DNA from: Azolla caroliniana
Taxonomy: Eukaryota; Plantae; Polypodiophyta
DNA length: 13,448 nucleotides
Direction of reading: 5' to 3'
NCBI GenBank assembly: GCA_043228905.1
Contig: JBHGNT010000951.1
Location: forward strand, 1 to 13,448
Shown here: in pieces, positions 9,124-13,448 of the stretch
Position numbering within the stretch: the first letter of the stretch is position 1
Layout of the letters: each line of letters starts with the position of its first letter
Notes under the pieces: model-generated
Told to the model about the DNA's origin: nothing
Seen by the model: only the letters and a program-made list of their open reading frames with translations
The model's database searches: none
Made by a program: the position numbers and the translations under genes

Positions 9124-12100
9124 TCAAGCATTAAATAGAGAGACCTCCCCTAATATGTGCTCATGAACCTCTTGGGGGACCTTGTAGACAGTGTTGTATC
9201 CCTTAACCTTGTGCTTTGCTTGAGTCATATTGAATTTGATCGCAAGAATGGCATCAGCGTAGATTATTGCGATGGGTGCTTCTTTTAGTAATGCATATGT
9301 GTTCTTGCACTGCGGCAACTTTGCATAATAGTTTCCATACACGACAGACTCACCAACGTTGAAATTGTTGCCCCAACCATCCCTCACCACTTCTTTCAAT
9401 AATGTCTTTCCTTGCTTGCACACCACAATGTAGTAGTCTTCTAAATCTTCATTCTGAGAATATTTGAGCACTGCAAAATGATCTCCAACTTCCAATAAAA
9501 CTGCCAAGTCTTGATTTTGGTTGTAGTATACAATATCGTTTGAATGCACATCCTCTTCAATATCATCTTGTAGTTCAGGCTCAAGCTTCTGCACCTTCCA
9601 GGGCTCCACGATTGATAGGTTGATGCATTTATCCCAAGCTTCATCTAGACACATGGAACAAAAGCATGATAAACTACGGAGTAACAATTGGGTTGTGTCC
9701 TTGCGGCTAAACCCTAACACACAATGGGTGCTGCGTGTCCCTTTCACGGTTTTACAACCATATGATTTAGTTCTATCGACCTCATCAGCGCGAACTTCAA
9801 CAAACAATCTGTTCTTACCATCATTTGACATCTTCCATGTTAGCCACTGCACAACATCATGTGCATTTTGTAACTTAGCGCCATTATTATCCAACTGCTC
9901 ACTTGTAAGGGCACGTTTGATCACAGCCCCCGCGCCATCATGCTCTCCTTTTCCATGTCCAGACCCGAAGTAATTCCATTGCATACGAATATTGAATAAG
10001 GAGAAATACCTGCTTTGGTGAGTACAAGATGAGTACAATACTATGAGTACAACATGAGTAAATACTGATTTAGTACAATTCTCTTAAGGACGGACAATAC
10101 TATGAGTACAAGATGAGTACTTTATATCCTCCTGTAAACACAACATAGTACAGATACAACACACAACATAGTACAATGTGTCTATGGAGAACCCTTCACA
10201 TGGATTAAAACATAATTAGTACAATTCTCTTAAGGACGGACAATACTATAAGTACAAGATGAGTACTTTACATCCTTTTGTAAACACAACATAGTACAAA
10301 ACCAACACACAACATAGTACAATGTGTCTATGGAGAACCCTTCACATGGATTAATCGATACTTAGTACAATTCTCTTAAGGACGGACAATACTATGAGTA
10401 CAAGATGAGTACTTTACATCCTCCTGTAAACACAACATAGTACAGATACAACACACAACATAGTACAATGTGTCTATGGAGAACCCTTCACATGGATTAA
10501 AACATAATTAGTACAATTCTCTTAAGGACGGACAATACTATAAGTACAAGATGAGTACTTTATATCCTCCTGTAAACACAACATAGTACAGATACAACAC
10601 ACAACATAGTACAATGTGTCTATGGAGAACCCTTCACATGGATTAAAACATAATTAGTACAATTCTCTTAAGGACGGACAATACTATAAGTACAAGATGA
10701 GTACTTTACATCCTTTTGTAAACACAACATAGTACAAAACCAACACACAACATAGTACAATGTGTCTATGGAGAACCCTTCACATGGATTAATCGATACT
10801 TAGTACAATTCTCTTAAGGACGGACAATACTATGAGTACAAGATAAGTACTTTACATCCTCCTGTAAACACAACATAGTACAGATAGGACACACAACATA
10901 GTACAATGTGTCTATGGAGAACCCTTCACATGGATTAAAACATAATTAGTACAATTCTCTTAAGGACGGACAATACTATAAGTACAAGATGAGTACTTTA
11001 CATCCTTTTGTAAACACAACATAGTACAAAACCAACACACAACATAGTACAATGTGTCTATGGAGAACCCTTCACATGGATTAATCGATACTTAGTACAA
11101 TTCTCTTAAGGACGGACAATACTATGAGTACAAGATAAGTACTTTACATCCTCCTGTAAACACAACATAGTACAGATAGGACACACAACATAGTACAATG
11201 TGTCTATGGAGAACCCTTCACATGGATTAAAACATAATTAGTACAATTCTCTTAAGGACGGACAATACTATAAGTACAAGATGAGTACTTTATATCCTCC
11301 TGTAAACACAACATAGTACAGATACAACACACAACATAGTACAATGTGTCTATGGAGAACCCTTCACATGGATTAAAACATAATTAGTACAATTCTCTTA
11401 AGGACGGACAATACTATAAGTACAAGATGAGTACTTTACATCCTTTTGTAAACACAACATAGTACAAAACCAACACACAACATAGTACAATGTGTCTATG
11501 GAGAACCCTTCACATGGATTAATCGATACTTAGTACAATTCTCTTAAGGACGGACAATACTATGAGTACAAGATGAGTACTTTACATCCTTTTGTAAACA
11601 CAACATAGTACAGAACCAACACACAACATAGTACAATGTGTCTATGGAGAACACTTCACATGGATTAAAAGTTACTTAGTACAACATAATACAAACAAAA
11701 TTAGTATGCATGCATCCATTCACAAGTGCAAGATTCGAATAGTTAGAAACATAATTAGTATGCATCGATGTGACTAGTACTGTTTGTTAATAGTTACAAA
11801 CATAATTAGTATGCATCCACTAACACAAGATTTACTTCCTTACACATTGCATGATAAGTATTAAACATATGGATTAAAAATTACCTGGCGATAAAGTAGA
11901 ACGATCGTGCCGCCTTAAACTGCGAGGCAGCACCATCAGACCAAACCCAATGACGGTTAAAGGTTAACCCTAGAGAAAATAAATCTGCATGGTGAAGCTT
12001 AAAACAATGTTGAACAAATAGTGTATCATGCTTTTTATCATCTGAAATGTAAAATATTGATTTCTTATGTAACTCACCGTCTTGCCTCCAATAGCAAATA

Positions 12101-13448
12101 TGTACAAGTATTGTACATTGATCATTGTACCAATGCATTGATTGAACCTCATTTTGAACTTTAAATGTATAGTTTTCTGCAAAATCAATAACGGATACAA
12201 TGACACCCGTTGGTAAGTTATTAATACATTCCTTGAACTGTGAATTTTGCCAATAACTCCGGAAGTTATGTGGAATAAACTCCCCAAGTTGTTTCTTAAA
12301 TTCTGAGACAAGGGTAGCAGCACATGTCTCCTTATATACTTCCTTGATACGCTTAGTTACAACTCCCTTGCCAATATTTTCAGTCACATACTCCAAATAT
12401 TTCCATTTCACGATATGACTATTTCCCATATCAAGCTCCTGCCTACAAAATAATGGTAGCGGACAAACCTTACATGTTCTTAATAGACATGTACGACGAT
12501 GCCACTCACACGATGGTTCTTTTTCACAAACACAAGACCTCCATAGCTCAGAAACGGATGCATAAGTCATGTTTCGTGCATTACACCTATTATCCTCCCC
12601 ATTTGGTCTACAAATCTCACAAGTGCAGACACATAATTCCCCATGTATACCCTTAGAATCAGTACGCATTGCATTCACAGAAACCCTTAACATGTCCATC
12701 TTCACATGGTACACACAACAACATGTATTCCTCTCATTTAATTTTCTAACATAAAATGGTTTCAAACCTTGGAACTTGCGGAATCCGACAGTCAAGCTTG
12801 GATGTTGGTCTTTAAAGTTCATGTACAATTCAGCCTACATCAACCAATATATATAGCAAACATTAATATACACTTGGTCAAAACACAAAGTTATGGAATG
12901 TGAATTGATATAAAAAAATGGAATACCTCTGTCATCTCCAAGAAGTGTCTAGGGTGAATCTGGTACTTACCCTGACTTATTCGTTGTCTACACACGTCCT
13001 TCTTATTTGGTGAGACACGCGTATTTTTGGCCCAAAATGAATACACTTTCTCAATAATCTCTTGAGATAAGGCATCACATCGTCGTCTACGTCCCGACCC
13101 CAGCCACTTGAATTTGCTTGAGTGTATATTTCGGCGATGTTTCCTCAAGTTCCTTCTTTGAATACCCAAGGCTAAGGCAACTTTAGTATCACTATATTTT
13201 TTTTCTCTCACACCATTCACAACCATGTGTAGGGCTGCCCTCTTTGCAGCAAGTTTGTCTAAGCTCTCTACACCTTTCACTAAGTCTAGGGATGACTTCA
13301 TAGACTCCACAATCTCTTCTGAAACACATTGGTCCCTAAATTTTATTCTCTCCATGTCTTCATTCAAACTTTGATGGTGTAACACTCTACAAATAATATC
13401 CCTACGATCCTCTTCACTAAATCTCTTCGTTATTTCTACCAAATAACG
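9124..13448 (-). CDS. Sola2-like DDD cut-and-paste transposase, 5'-partial, at least 785 aa; exons >13448-12927, 12834-11885, 10009-9124
   Basis: Intron 12926-12835 (GAG|GTATTC..TGTAG, phase 0, 92 nt) and intron 11884-10010 (AG|GTAATT..AAGCAG, phase 2, 1875 nt) give an uninterrupted frame. Candidate catalytic Asp residues are in VIDFAENY (12184-12186), WSDGAASQFK (11935-11937) and GHGKGEHDGAG (9937-9939). A Cys-rich CCCVYH...C block lies upstream and SCFCSMC downstream. The Sola2 assignment rests on recalled motif signatures, not a search. Confidence 0.85.
10070..11675. repeat. 11 x 146-bp tandem array inside transposase intron 2
   Basis: CTCTTAAGGACGGAC recurs at 10081, 10227, 10373, 10519, 10665, 10811, 10957, 11103, 11249, 11395 and 11541: an exact 146-bp period with no indels. 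Each unit has five AGTAC sites. Confidence 0.97.

Larger units (their letters stand above)
1700..13448. mobile_element. Putative large Sola2-like DNA transposon (transposase plus convergent RING-H2 cargo gene); boundaries undetermined
   Basis: The transposase is intact, and the adjacent gene shares AGTAC-rich intronic arrays and CpG depletion with it. No TIR/TSD pair is visible in the window. The left limit is a guess based on where the MTase gene's coding exons stop. Confidence 0.5.

Noticed and set aside
10070-11675. CRISPR-like array
   Set aside because: The whole 146-bp unit repeats with no unique spacers, there are no cas genes, and it lies in a spliceosomal intron. The same applies to the 52-bp array.
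3008-12754. Short antisense or alternate-frame ORFs (e.g. 3008-3211, 3557-3847, 6434-6676, 7018-7359, 9620-9973, 11970-12323, 12453-12754)
   Set aside because: They are shadows of the real exons, with no independent motifs or splice support.
9124-12834. Treating the transposase ORF fragments as a broken pseudogene or as separate genes
   Set aside because: Canonical, phase-matched splice sites join them into one uninterrupted frame.

Overview
Eukaryotic genomic DNA with GT-AG spliceosomal introns, most likely from a non-seed land plant such as a fern or lycophyte (inferred, not shown). Hand-splicing the ORF fragments gives three multi-exon genes whose intron phases all match. (1) A minus-strand gene (1577 to <1) encodes a prokaryote-type beta-class DNA amino-methyltransferase (N6_N4_Mtase-like; DIPY and NPYQKP motifs). 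Its C-terminus runs off the window and its N-terminus is not clearly present. (2) A plus-strand ~965-aa gene (3000-8009) has TPxK repeats, an unknown globular domain, a coiled coil, a RING-H2 finger and a long acidic repeat tail. (3) A convergent, uninterrupted minus-strand DDD transposase (>13448 to 9124, at least 785 aa) carries DFAENY / SDGxxxQFK / HGKGxxDG motifs that I assign to Sola2. The largest intron of each of genes 2 and 3 is filled by a young, AGTAC-rich tandem array (52/104-bp units; 11 x 146 bp). The best reading is a large cargo-carrying Sola2-like DNA transposon next to, or inserted into, an intron-containing DNA methyltransferase gene. Element ends were not identified.
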